Shown: positions 21,245 through 31,521 of the stretch, piece after piece | Position numbering within the stretch: the stretch's first letter is position 1 | Layout: the number at the start of each line of letters is the position of its first letter | Source: a virus | Direction: 5' to 3' (one strand) | DNA: 64,000 nt | IMG/VR virus record: IMGVR_UViG_3300032241_002679 | Coordinates: 64,001 to 128,000 of that record | Program-made: the position numbers and the translations under genes | Notes under the pieces: model-generated | The model's database searches: none | What the model saw: only the letters and a program-made list of their open reading frames with translations | Told to the model about the DNA's origin: nothing

Positions 21245-22693
21245 TTAATACTTATCTTTATTTTCAACTCTCTTAATCAAATCTTTAATTCTTTGAGTTG
21301 AAGGGTCAACATATGCATTTGCTTCGTTTAATTGTTTTGAAGTGCTACTTGTGACCTCTTTTATTATTTTGTTCCCTAAAGCTTCATTTATTGGTTTTCT
21401 TGTACCCAATTCATTAGCAATAGTCTTGTATAATTTTTTAGATTCTTTAAGGTTTGTTACTTCCTCATCAAATCTTTGAATTATTTTTTTCTTTTCATCC
21501 TTAGTAGTAGAGTGTTCCATAAACAATTTAGTTACGTAACTTAAATTGCTATTGAATACAACTGTTTCTACTAACATGCTTCTGAACTTCTTAAGAGCCT
21601 TTCTGAACTCTTCATTTTCGTTCTTAAGTTGTGTAGCTTCGTTCAACAATTTCTTGTATTTTACTTCGGCTTCAGAAACAATAGACTTTGTGGAACTTTT
21701 AGATTCTGTTTTAATTGCACCATATTCCTGACCGAATTTAGCACCAGCGCCTTTTGGTTGCCCAATATCAGCACCAGCACCACCCTTGTGACGGGATTGA
21801 GCATTTCCGACTGGAATGGCTTCTTCAACAACATCTTCATCTTCCTGATCAACTTCAGTTATTGATTCATCTTCTTCATCTTCTTCAGCCTCTGTCATTG
21901 ATTCATCTTCTTCAGTTTCTGTAATGTTGTCTTTAGGATTACCTTTTTTTGTGGGTTTCATTTCATCATGGTCGGCACCTTTCATATGTTCTTTGATTTC
22001 AGATTCGTCTTCCTCATCTTCTTCCTCATCTTCCTCTTCTTCTTCATCATCTTCATTAGGTTCCTCATCCATATCAATTTCATATGTTAGGCCTTCATCC
22101 TCATTATCCATGTCTTCCATTTCTTCCATGTCTTCTTCGCCAGATGTCTCCATACCAAGGTCTCCCTTTTTGACGATGTACTCACCTGGTTCAGAAATGT
22201 TGAGATGAATTTCATCTCCCACGATTTCAATTTCATCATCACCACTCAATTTCTTGTAGATAGCAATAACGTCATCATCTGATGCACCTGTCATGTCTAA
22301 TTCATCCCCTCCAAACGCATCTGCGTCCATTCCTGCTTCTTGGTCTTCTGGACCAACTTCAGCTGAGGCTGGAATCTCGGTGTCATCATCACTGTCCATG
22401 GCTTCAGGTTCGTCATCAATTGTTACATCTCCTTTATCACCAATTTCATCAGAAGGCTCATCACCATCTTTTTCAATTGGTTCATCAGTTTCAGTTTCAT
22501 CTGATTCCATACCATCATCATCAACAGCTTCTTCTTCGTAATCACTTTCTTCTTTAAGTGATTCTTTCACAACACCATCAATTTCTTCTTTCGCAACGGA
22601 ACGAAGTATTTCTTTGGTATTGGCATTTAAAGCCTCTTGAATTTTTTTCAAATCCAAAATAGCTCCTTCTAAAATTTCTTTTTTTTCTGCCAT
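21245..22693 (-). CDS. prohead core/scaffold protein
   Basis: Highly acidic with coiled-coil C-terminus; between protease and capsid genes; many (I/L)xE sites. Confidence 0.8.
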   Translation of the reverse strand: MAEKKEILEGAILDLKKIQEALNANTKEILRSVAKEEIDGVVKESLKEESDYEEEAVDDDGMESDETETDEPIEKDGDEPSDEIGDKGDVTIDDEPEAMDSDDDTEIPASAEVGPEDQEAGMDADAFGGDELDMTGASDDDVIAIYKKLSGDDEIEIVGDEIHLNISEPGEYIVKKGDLGMETSGEEDMEEMEDMDNEDEGLTYEIDMDEEPNEDDEEEEEDEEEDEEDESEIKEHMKGADHDEMKPTKKGNPKDNITETEEDESMTEAEEDEEDESITEVDQEDEDVVEEAIPVGNAQSRHKGGAGADIGQPKGAGAKFGQEYGAIKTESKSSTKSIVSEAEVKYKKLLNEATQLKNENEEFRKALKKFRSMLVETVVFNSNLSYVTKLFMEHSTTKDEKKKIIQRFDEEVTNLKESKKLYKTIANELGTRKPINEALGNKIIKEVTSSTSKQLNEANAYVDPSTQRIKDLIKRVENKDKY

Positions 22694-22827
22694 TGTATTT
22701 TTTTTTATTTTTCTATTATAATTTGTATTTGCAGTTGCAGATACTTTTCAATAAAATAATGGGAATTATCCACTTACATAATAAATATGTCTTATTTATC
22801 AAAAAATCATTTTAAGATTAAAATATT

Positions 22828-24633
22828 TTAATCTATTAAAAATCTATCGATACTTTCTATCAAACGTTCCTTTTTGATAATTCTGTTTTCTACGTATGGT
22901 TTTGATTCTTCACGATTTTTAAATACCCATGACCCTGGCGTACTTGGAGCAGTAACAACATCCCAACAAATCAATTCAAAGTCATCTTGTACAATTAAAT
23001 CACCCTTGACTTCTTTAAGACTACCAACACCCCTTGATGATACACCAATCATTATATTATGACGTAATAAATCTGCTACTAAATCTCCTTTAGTAGATAC
23101 TATACCATAAGTCTGATATCCTTTAGTCATGAGGATTTCCATCTTACCCATTAGGGTATGATCCTCCCACCATGTTTCAATAATATTGTGTGAAATTCTA
23201 TCCGCTGAAATAACGCTTGATTCTGGGTGGTCACAATTATGTGTCCATGCAGATGCGTTGTTATATCTCATAAGCCATGTGTTATTAGGTACAGAGACAC
23301 AATAAACATTATCATTAATTTTTTCTAATTCTGCTTTTATAAACCTATTATCTAATGATATACTTGAAGAATTTTTTTCGGATACTATATACAATGGTTT
23401 TGAATTAGAGGCTAATATCTTTCTTTTAATTTTTTTACTTATGACTGAAACAGTTCCATTTTCATCCTCAACTTCATTTTCAACTTCATTATCAATAATG
23501 TACCTATCAGTTTGTATTCTAGTATTAATTGAAGCACCACTACCTAATTTTAATATTATTTCATAGACATCATCAGCTAATTTTTTGGATGTTGTATAAT
23601 ACTCTCTGAGTAGTTCTCCCTTCAAATTATGCCTATTTCTTCCGTCACCCATTAACAACCATTCAAATAATATATTTAATATTTCAACACTCCAATTTTT
23701 AGCATAATTTGGAATATACTTTTCCCAAGAATTTCCTAAAACTTTTAAATGTTCATATAAATTTTTATCTGTTATAATGAATTGTCTATTATTTGATACC
23801 CTATATTTAAATGGTAATCTATTAAGTAGCTCTATTAATTTTTCTTGTTGAACTGATTTGGTCTGTGTTATAATAACATTATTTATAGTTTTACCGCCAC
23901 GGCTACCAGAAGTATGCCCCTCAGCAATAAAAATACCTAAAAATGCAGCCCAATCTTTTATATCTATTTTAATATCTGTATTTGGTAAAATGAAAAATTC
24001 TTCATTTTTACCATTCCAATTACCACCATAATGAATAGAGGAATGAGATAATGTAGAATTTTTATTTTTCAATTTCTCATAAAATTCAATAGCTGTTAAT
24101 TCATATGGTTTATTATACCTATCCCAAAGAATCATTTTATGGTTCTTTGTTAATTTCATATCTAAAGAACATTTTTTATTATATATGTGAACTAATTCGT
24201 CATTATATTTTTTTTCAATTGTATATGAAATTGGCTGTAATTCAATCTCATTTTTATTTACATTAAGTGTAAAAATTTTCTCACCAGCTACAACATCTGT
24301 TATATTTTTCCAGCCAGTACTTGTCAATATTTCTGTGTCTCTGGTAACACATTCACCGACAGCTCTTCTTTCTCTTATATTTTGTTGATAAATTTCATTC
24401 TGTTTTCTTAGAATATCTTCTGGATATATTCTACCGTTACGGTTTTTTACATTGTATTTTTGAAGAACGACATATACTATTAATTTGTCTGAAGTACTAG
24501 ATTTTAAATCTATTTTTTCAAATTCACGTATAATATTTTTATTTCTTTCATCCAATGGTGAAATAAACCCTGCATCCCCTTCAATTAAAAATCCATAACC
24601 AGTTTCATTAGCCTTTAATATTTTTATATCCAT
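22828..24633 (-). CDS. gp21: prohead protease (intein-containing)
   Basis: NRNGRIYP, GE|CDHP, GVSSRGVGS, DVVTAPS; likely ATG 24633. Confidence 0.93.
   Translation of the reverse strand: MDIKILKANETGYGFLIEGDAGFISPLDERNKNIIREFEKIDLKSSTSDKLIVYVVLQKYNVKNRNGRIYPEDILRKQNEIYQQNIRERRAVGECVTRDTEILTSTGWKNITDVVAGEKIFTLNVNKNEIELQPISYTIEKKYNDELVHIYNKKCSLDMKLTKNHKMILWDRYNKPYELTAIEFYEKLKNKNSTLSHSSIHYGGNWNGKNEEFFILPNTDIKIDIKDWAAFLGIFIAEGHTSGSRGGKTINNVIITQTKSVQQEKLIELLNRLPFKYRVSNNRQFIITDKNLYEHLKVLGNSWEKYIPNYAKNWSVEILNILFEWLLMGDGRNRHNLKGELLREYYTTSKKLADDVYEIILKLGSGASINTRIQTDRYIIDNEVENEVEDENGTVSVISKKIKRKILASNSKPLYIVSEKNSSSISLDNRFIKAELEKINDNVYCVSVPNNTWLMRYNNASAWTHNCDHPESSVISADRISHNIIETWWEDHTLMGKMEILMTKGYQTYGIVSTKGDLVADLLRHNIMIGVSSRGVGSLKEVKGDLIVQDDFELICWDVVTAPSTPGSWVFKNREESKPYVENRIIKKERLIESIDRFLID
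23236..24351 (-). mobile_element. intein with LAGLIDADG endonuclease (372 aa) in prohead protease
   Basis: CVTRD...THN|C; FLGIFIAEG and LLMGDG. Confidence 0.93.
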
Positions 24634-24668
24634 AGATAATTTTATTATAATAAATATGCTAATGGACA

Positions 24669-24698
24669 TAAAAAAAACGCCAAATAGTTTTGGCGTTT
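24669..24698 (-). terminator. intrinsic terminator
   Basis: aaacgccaaa-tagt-tttggcgttt with A-tract on its 5' (+) side. Confidence 0.8.
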
Positions 24699-24721
24699 AA
24701 TTTTTAATTTTTATTTTATCT

Positions 24722-25165
24722 TTATTTTTTTCTTTTATGAAATTCAAAAATTTTATTATTCTCAAAAGATTTACTAATGACATGATTAATTACTTCTTCA
24801 ATCTTTGGTTTAATTATTTCTGAATTTATTGGTATTTCAGTATCCATAAATAATGTTATTTCGCAATTTAAATAACTCTTTTTACCAAATTTTACACCTG
24901 ATTTTCTTATGTCAAAATCAACAATTGTATAATCTTTCATAAATGGTGTAAAGAGATTTTTTTTAATAAAATCATAGATATTTTGTCTAATACATTTATC
25001 AAAATTTTTGATGATTCTATTATAATTAATATTATCATTAATGAGGGGTTCAACCCATGAAGAAATATTAATATATAATGCTTTAGGGTTTTTATTGTTT
25101 ACTGTTCCATAAACAATATTATAATTTTTAAAAACGTCTAACTTAAGTTCTTTTCCATATTTCAT
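24722..25165 (-). CDS. hypothetical protein
   Basis: Likely ATG 25165 (MKYGKE). Confidence 0.7.
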   Translation of the reverse strand: MKYGKELKLDVFKNYNIVYGTVNNKNPKALYINISSWVEPLINDNINYNRIIKNFDKCIRQNIYDFIKKNLFTPFMKDYTIVDFDIRKSGVKFGKKSYLNCEITLFMDTEIPINSEIIKPKIEEVINHVISKSFENNKIFEFHKRKK

Positions 25166-25216
25166 ACCTGGTATTTTTTCCAAGTATAGACAAAATTTTT
25201 GGTAGTGTCAAGGAAT

Positions 25217-25561
25217 TTATTTCATTTTTGCCCAATAAATAATAATAAACCCCATTACAATTTGAATAAAAGTTATAATAGCAATAGTAGCAACCCATTT
25301 ATTCTTTTGTTTATAAATTTCGTCTTTTGCTTCTTTCATTTGTATTGGTGACCATACATCAGTCACTTTCTCAATCCATAATTTTTGGTCTATTACCAAT
25401 CTTTCAGTATTTTTTAAATCAGATAGTGTTGAAGTCATTTCTTGAAAACGAGTATCTATTTCTTCTCTCATTTTCTCATAATTATCATTTAATCTTTCTA
25501 GTTCCTTTAATACTAATTTGCTGTAATCACCCCACGTTTCATTTTTTTCTGGCGTTGACAT
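25217..25561 (-). CDS. coiled-coil protein with C-terminal TM helix
   Basis: WVATIAIITFIQIVMGFIIIYW. Confidence 0.65.
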   Translation of the reverse strand: MSTPEKNETWGDYSKLVLKELERLNDNYEKMREEIDTRFQEMTSTLSDLKNTERLVIDQKLWIEKVTDVWSPIQMKEAKDEIYKQKNKWVATIAIITFIQIVMGFIIIYWAKMK

Positions 25562-25562
25562 G

Positions 25563-25805
25563 TTAAGTAAATTTAAATCTATTTAATATTATTTGTATTT
25601 TAGAACAAATTTTTTCATAACATTTAAGCCTAATTTCTTTATCAGTATTCAGACTCGGATTTTCAGTTTCTAAAACTTTTTTTATTTCATTAATTACATT
25701 TTTATACTTTTCCTCTTCATCATGCTCAGTTTTTTCATACTGACAAATTCTGTCTGATAACTCTTTTAATTTTAAAATATTTGTATTTGAGAAATTAGAA
25801 ACCAT
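25563..25805 (-). CDS. hypothetical protein
   Basis: 80 aa ORF in operon. Confidence 0.55.
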   Translation of the reverse strand: MVSNFSNTNILKLKELSDRICQYEKTEHDEEEKYKNVINEIKKVLETENPSLNTDKEIRLKCYEKICSKIQIILNRFKFT

Positions 25806-25819
25806 AGTATTATAATTTT

Positions 25820-26587
25820 TTAATTAATAAGATTATTTTTAAGATCAATTAATTTTATTATTTTTTCAAGTAATTGATTTTCATTAATATTTTTATCTTT
25901 TAATAATTTTTCTTTTACTTTTATTAATTTATCCTTTGATTCTTCATTTGTATTTTCCAATAAATTATTTACCAATTCAAGACATTCATTAACGGTTTTA
26001 TTATAATATTCTTTTTTAGAATTTAAATCAGAATTTAATAACACTTTTAATAGTTCTTTATCCTCTAAATCTAAATCAGCATATTTTTCATTATATTTCT
26101 CAACCATTATCTTTGTTATAAGACTATTTGGTAAATCAATACTTTCATTAATTTTTGGTAATTCATTATTATTAATATAATTAATAATATTTTTAAGTTC
26201 ATTAGTTATTTTGTCTACATTGTTAGCATTAGATTCCGTTAATATTAAATAAGATAATGATTCATGAAGTTTATTATCCTCAGTTTTATTTAATTTTTTA
26301 TTCTCCAATAAATTTAATAATTTTTTATTTTCCTCTAAAATATCATGAACTTTATATTTTTTTAAAATTTTAATATTTTCTGATACATATAGTGCAGCAG
26401 AATTAAAATCTTTCTCTATCTTAGTTTCAATATTATTATAGACTAAAAACTGATCTTTTAATATTTCACTTTCTTTTATAGTCTTTAAATATTTTTTAAA
26501 AAGATTTTTGCTCTTCTTATCCTTTTTTATAATTCCGTCAATAAGAATATTATTGAAAATTGTCTTTATATTACCAAAATCTTGCAT
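25820..26587 (-). CDS. hypothetical head-module protein
   Basis: 255 aa helical ORF after late motif at 26607. Confidence 0.7.
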   Translation of the reverse strand: MQDFGNIKTIFNNILIDGIIKKDKKSKNLFKKYLKTIKESEILKDQFLVYNNIETKIEKDFNSAALYVSENIKILKKYKVHDILEENKKLLNLLENKKLNKTEDNKLHESLSYLILTESNANNVDKITNELKNIINYINNNELPKINESIDLPNSLITKIMVEKYNEKYADLDLEDKELLKVLLNSDLNSKKEYYNKTVNECLELVNNLLENTNEESKDKLIKVKEKLLKDKNINENQLLEKIIKLIDLKNNLIN

Positions 26588-26633
26588 TTTAAATTATTTA
26601 TATTTAATAAATATCATTATTAGATTAAAAGAA

Positions 26634-29600
26634 TTATTCACTCTCTAACATATCATCTATTTCCCTTATCATTGTATTTACACTCTCATTAATATGTACG
26701 TTTTTATCATAAATTTTAACCTTTTCAATTGGTTTAGGTTCATTATCAACCATTTCAATTAACTTATTAACAAATAACCCCTTATATTTTTCAGTTCTTT
26801 CATTTAATTTTTTGGAGATTTTTTCTTTCTCCTCTTTAAGAAGGTTTTCGATTTTTTTAATATTTTCAGCCGTTGGTGGTGCTTCAGTCTCTGGTTTTTC
26901 TGCCCCAGCAGCTTCAGCAGCCCCAGCTTCAGGGCCACCAGCCTCAGCAGCTCCAGCTTCAGGACCACCAGCTCCAGCCGCTTCAGCTCCTTCGGTTTCT
27001 TCTGTACCCTCTGCTCCAAAATTTAAATCGGCTTCAGTAGTTCCACCACCACCAAATCCACCGCCTCCACCACTGAATCCGCCACTAGGTTCTTTTCCTT
27101 CTTCAGTACCTCCTGTACCCCCTTCAAGTGCTTTATTCATATCGCCATATATTCTATCAACCGTATCAAACATACCAGTATGTTTAATAACACTTGCAGA
27201 ATTTGCGAGTTCCGCAGCAGCAGCTTTTTCCATACGCTGTTCTAATAGATCTTGTTTAATTTCATTATCAGGCCATCCAAATATTTCTCTTCTGGCTCTT
27301 GTCATACTCATTGCGCCAAAACCATTACCAGCATCACTAACAGCATCTTTATATAATGTAACTTTTAATTGCATATGTTCAACCTTAAGCATTTCTGCTT
27401 GTGTTGACGGATTATTTAATGTTATTGTGAAATTATCCAACTCATCTTCAAATCCCAATAAATACAAATGAATAATTATAACCTTATTTAATTCTTGAAG
27501 CATCGATTGTTGAATTCTATTAATTGTTCTTGAGAAACGTATATCTTGAAGTGCTAAATTTTTACCCTCACCAGTAGTTTCATCAAAGCCTAAAAATGGT
27601 TTAGGTACTCTCAATGCTGTGAATAATTTTTTCTGAAGATACTCAATATCTGCAATCTGATCCAAATTAGAATTTTTTACATAAATACCTGATTCTAAAG
27701 CAAATGTGTGGTTTTTATTAAATTTTTCCTCACCATCAACAGTAATTGTACCTGTATCTTGTGTGTCATCTAACCATTCAATATTAATTATTTTATGATT
27801 ATATAATTCTATTTTATTTTCTTTTTCAATATAGTATTTCCAAGCCCTAACATTTTTATATCCTAATTCTTCAGCAGTTATTTTACACCATTGACGATAA
27901 TTTTTAAAACCACGTTGTTTAAGCATTTTTTCTAAATGATTATGCGTAAATTCATTTAGATTTGTTAATGCGCTTCGTATATTTGTATTATTACTTCTAA
28001 ATTCATTAATAAAAGTTTCATTTGAATTTAAAACAGATAATGTTAGATCAGCTCTACCTAATTTATTATATTCCCCTAAAAACATATCATATAATTTATC
28101 ACTAAATATTATATTCTGATTTTTAGAAAAAACACGTTTTTTATACCCCTCTTTTTTCCATTGCTCTGAAGCAATTTTAGAAAATTTCTCTTTAAATTCT
28201 AATGTTGATTTAACATTACTAATTGCTTTTCCCCTTAATGAAATTATATCATTTTTATTTGGGTTATCATCAAATGTTTTTTTAGCTTTATTTCTAGATT
28301 TTATTGAATTATTTTTAGAATTGTTTGCCCTAAATATTTTTTCTTCTTTGGTTAAATTACTAATATATTTATTTATTCCATTAGTTATTTTTTCTTTATT
28401 TAATTCTGGATTAGCCCAAATAGTTTCTTTTATAACTGATTGATGATATCTCATATGATCACCACCGTTCATCCAAACTATATTATCTGGATTATTATTA
28501 AATCTATTATGATCCCTATGATGTCTAATTTTTTTATCACTGTCACTATATTTTTCATCGAAAATAAATTCCTTTATTAAACCAAATTTATCTAGTTTAT
28601 CGGTAACTAATCGATGTGTAAATATCCATTCTTGTTTATTTGAATCCCATGTTCTATGATATTCTCCGTTTGTGTTTGATTTAATTTTGGCTGTATCACT
28701 ATAAAATGGCATTAAACTATCACCAATATTTAAATGTTGTGCTTCAACAAATCCGTTTGTTCTATGAACAAACTTATGATCTGGTGTGGCTATAACTTCC
28801 TTACCATTATCGAGTGTTATTTTTAATACTTGTGTATTTTTACGTGTAATCCCAGCCCATGTAATTGGGCCTATAGTTGATTCACCAGTGTTAGGGTTGA
28901 CAGAATACACCCACATATTCTTATTTCCATTATCCCATTCTTTAATAATTTCTTGTAATTCAAGGATTCTTCCGTCAAGTAATGGTATACGTGTATTCAA
29001 AGCAAGGCATGCACCTGGCAATGTATCAATGGGACTTGGCGCATCTTCAGTTCTAACGGGAATAAAATAATCCTGATCGTTCGAATTTCTTAAGAATGAA
29101 CCACTTACGGATACATTATTTTCATAATCTAATGATAAAGCTGCAAAATTATGTCTATCATTCTCCCCATTTGGACCAACTACGGTCATGCAATACACAT
29201 CATCACCTCCAACTATTTCAATAGATTTAACTTTATGATTTTTACTATGTGAATTAATGTAATCGGTTATTGTTTCAAAACCCTCTTCAATTAATAATCT
29301 TTCTATGACAGTACGCTCAATTTTACGTTGACGATGTAATCTTCTATTAGTATTTATCGAAATAATATGATTTAATTGCTCATCCTCATTTAAAAATTCT
29401 ACTAAAGTTTTTCTATTTTTTATTTTTTTATTGATAATATTTTTTCTAATTAATTCCCAAATAATAGAATCAAATTTAATTTGCATTGCTTTAGACCTAA
29501 CTTTTTTCTTTTCTGGATTAGACCAATCTTTTAACTGAGCATCTTTCCTTAGGATATTATGTTGAGTATGTAAATCAGAATGATTATATTCGATAAATGT

Positions 29601-31211
29601 ACTAGCCCAATCTTGTTCTTTGGCTAATTCAATATTTCTAATACGTTTTTTTTCAGATTTATTATATTCTATTAGTTTTGGCACAACTTTATTATATAAT
29701 CCATTTTTCCATTTGGTTTTCATTAATTCTTTATGATAGTTTTGATGCTCATGCCAATTAGTCCATAAAAGATTTTCTGGGTTATTGTTTTTAGAATTAA
29801 AATCTATATGGTGAATGGTATTATTATTTTCTCCTAAATTACTAATTTCCTTTGCTACAAATCTATGCGTAAATTCATATTTTCCAGTTTTAGGATTAAA
29901 TACTCTATAATACTTGCTAGCATTTGGTGTAGTGGTAAATGCTTTTTCATCACGATAAAAAGGCATTAAGGAATCATTTTCTTTTAATTCATCAGCTCTT
30001 TTATGAGAACCATCTCTCAATATAAACGGATGTTCTGGTGCTGTTGTTATATGTGTATTATCATCTAGCCATATTTTGATCATTTTTTCTGCTGTATAGT
30101 TTTTTCCACACCATTTAACTTTACCGCCAACAAGTTGGTGGGTTTTATCGTTAATTGAGTGAACCCAATTTTCTTTACCCTCATCATATTCTTTAGCTAG
30201 TTCTTCTATTGTAAGTGTCCTACCATCTAATAAGGGTATAGGTGTATTTTTCCATACGGGAAGTTGATTATATCTCAAATCAACTTGACCAGTTTGAGGA
30301 TCAACCATTGGTGTACGTTTAAATCTATTTGCAATTTCATTTACATATGACTCAACGTCTTTATCATCTATATTACCTACATATATTTTATATATCCTTC
30401 TTTCAGGTGCTCTAGTAACACGATAAACAAGCATGGCATCTTCAGACAATAAAAGTTGTTTCCAAATTCTACGTGCTTTTTCTAATAAACTTGTGCCATA
30501 TGGCAATCTACGATCATCGCCAAATATTCTAAAATGTGCTATTTGCCAAGAATTAAATTCAACATCTCTACCACGCCAATAAAATTTAACTTTATCTGCT
30601 TTATAATCTTCATTCATTCTTTGTGTAAGAATATCATATAATGCGCCATCCCTACGTTCCATTTCATAATTAGGCATTTGTTTAGCGCCTACAATACCAT
30701 TTTTTTCATCAATATGCAAGAAAACAAAATTATCGCCATATTTTACAGTATTTCTAGTCCACATTGGAAGTGAGGTATGAATATCTAATCTATTAAATAA
30801 TAAATCTTCAATTATGCCTTTTACTCTTTTACTATCAGAATAAACATTAACCATACGACCATTATTATTTAATGTCGTACTTTCTTCCATAAAAATATCT
30901 AAAGCTGCGGCTATTTCTGGATAAAATTCCATTGCCTCAAAGTCTGAATAAGAACCAATCCTTGTTGTTTCATAATTAACAGCTTGTTGAAAAAGACCAT
31001 GTTCTACTTTTTTCCAAACTTGGCCTAAATATTTATTCTGTTGAGCTTGTAATTTTGCTATTTCATATTCTTTCTTATCAGTTGTTTTAAGAAGAACATC
31101 ATTATTCATCTTATATCTCTGAGTCTGTTGTTGGGTCTGTTTAATTTTAAAACCATCAGGGCCTAATATTTGCCCTAATTTTTGAAATATTGTTAAATTA
31201 TTTTTTGCCAT
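26634..31211 (-). CDS. gp20: T4-like portal protein with two inteins (~687 aa spliced)
   Basis: EDAMLVYRVTRAPERRIY, IDTLPG, DIEYLQKKLFTALRVP, DIRFSR. Confidence 0.95.
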   Translation of the reverse strand: MAKNNLTIFQKLGQILGPDGFKIKQTQQQTQRYKMNNDVLLKTTDKKEYEIAKLQAQQNKYLGQVWKKVEHGLFQQAVNYETTRIGSYSDFEAMEFYPEIAAALDIFMEESTTLNNNGRMVNVYSDSKRVKGIIEDLLFNRLDIHTSLPMWTRNTVKYGDNFVFLHIDEKNGIVGAKQMPNYEMERRDGALYDILTQRMNEDYKADKVKFYWRGRDVEFNSWQIAHFRIFGDDRRLPYGTSLLEKARRIWKQLLLSEDAMLVYRVTRAPERRIYKIYVGNIDDKDVESYVNEIANRFKRTPMVDPQTGQVDLRYNQLPVWKNTPIPLLDGRTLTIEELAKEYDEGKENWVHSINDKTHQLVGGKVKWCGKNYTAEKMIKIWLDDNTHITTAPEHPFILRDGSHKRADELKENDSLMPFYRDEKAFTTTPNASKYYRVFNPKTGKYEFTHRFVAKEISNLGENNNTIHHIDFNSKNNNPENLLWTNWHEHQNYHKELMKTKWKNGLYNKVVPKLIEYNKSEKKRIRNIELAKEQDWASTFIEYNHSDLHTQHNILRKDAQLKDWSNPEKKKVRSKAMQIKFDSIIWELIRKNIINKKIKNRKTLVEFLNEDEQLNHIISINTNRRLHRQRKIERTVIERLLIEEGFETITDYINSHSKNHKVKSIEIVGGDDVYCMTVVGPNGENDRHNFAALSLDYENNVSVSGSFLRNSNDQDYFIPVRTEDAPSPIDTLPGACLALNTRIPLLDGRILELQEIIKEWDNGNKNMWVYSVNPNTGESTIGPITWAGITRKNTQVLKITLDNGKEVIATPDHKFVHRTNGFVEAQHLNIGDSLMPFYSDTAKIKSNTNGEYHRTWDSNKQEWIFTHRLVTDKLDKFGLIKEFIFDEKYSDSDKKIRHHRDHNRFNNNPDNIVWMNGGDHMRYHQSVIKETIWANPELNKEKITNGINKYISNLTKEEKIFRANNSKNNSIKSRNKAKKTFDDNPNKNDIISLRGKAISNVKSTLEFKEKFSKIASEQWKKEGYKKRVFSKNQNIIFSDKLYDMFLGEYNKLGRADLTLSVLNSNETFINEFRSNNTNIRSALTNLNEFTHNHLEKMLKQRGFKNYRQWCKITAEELGYKNVRAWKYYIEKENKIELYNHKIINIEWLDDTQDTGTITVDGEEKFNKNHTFALESGIYVKNSNLDQIADIEYLQKKLFTALRVPKPFLGFDETTGEGKNLALQDIRFSRTINRIQQSMLQELNKVIIIHLYLLGFEDELDNFTITLNNPSTQAEMLKVEHMQLKVTLYKDAVSDAGNGFGAMSMTRARREIFGWPDNEIKQDLLEQRMEKAAAAELANSASVIKHTGMFDTVDRIYGDMNKALEGGTGGTEEGKEPSGGFSGGGGGFGGGGTTEADLNFGAEGTEETEGAEAAGAGGPEAGAAEAGGPEAGAAEAAGAEKPETEAPPTAENIKKIENLLKEEKEKISKKLNERTEKYKGLFVNKLIEMVDNEPKPIEKVKIYDKNVHINESVNTMIREIDDMLESE
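26904..26990 (-). repeat. 30-nt imperfect tandem repeat (AGGPEAGAAE) in portal tail
   Basis: GC-rich low-complexity repeat. Confidence 0.75.
27672..29009 (-). mobile_element. portal intein 2 with HNH endonuclease (446 aa)
   Basis: PGA|CLALN...TPDH...HHRDHNRFNN...YVKN|S. Confidence 0.92.
29085..30260 (-). mobile_element. portal intein 1 with HNH endonuclease (392 aa), Pro at position 1
   Basis: YNQL|PVWKNTPIPLLDG...HHIDFNSKNN...VYCMTV...FLRN|S. Confidence 0.88.
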
Positions 31212-31253
31212 ATTTTTTTATATATTATAACGTTTTTATTTAAAAAATAAAGA

Positions 31254-31508
31254 CTATTCTATATAGCCACAAGCTACATATGCTGATCTTTCTATTATAC
31301 CATTTACAACAGAAATATTATATACATAATTCACTGTCCAGTCTTGTCCCTGTGAATTAGCTGTTGCATTACAAAAATTATTTGTTACTTGTTGATTTAA
31401 TAAAGAAGTAGCTCTTTTTTTAACATTAGCCTCTGGGCTCCAAGTATATAAATTACTATCAAAAGTTTTAAGAGTATATTTGCCTCTTTTTTGTGCTTTT
31501 TGTGCCAT
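31254..31508 (-). CDS. hypothetical protein
   Basis: 84 aa ORF between terminase and portal. Confidence 0.65.
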   Translation of the reverse strand: MAQKAQKRGKYTLKTFDSNLYTWSPEANVKKRATSLLNQQVTNNFCNATANSQGQDWTVNYVYNISVVNGIIERSAYVACGYIE

Positions 31509-31521
31509 ATTTTTTTAAATT

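Noticed and set aside
21546-22557. Plus-strand Ser/His-rich ORFs opposite the scaffold gene
   Set aside because: Antisense shadows of Glu/Asp codon runs.
26804-27471. 219 aa Pro/Ala ORF and an alternate-frame ORF over the portal tail
   Set aside because: Shadows of the GC-rich low-complexity repeat, with no expression signals.
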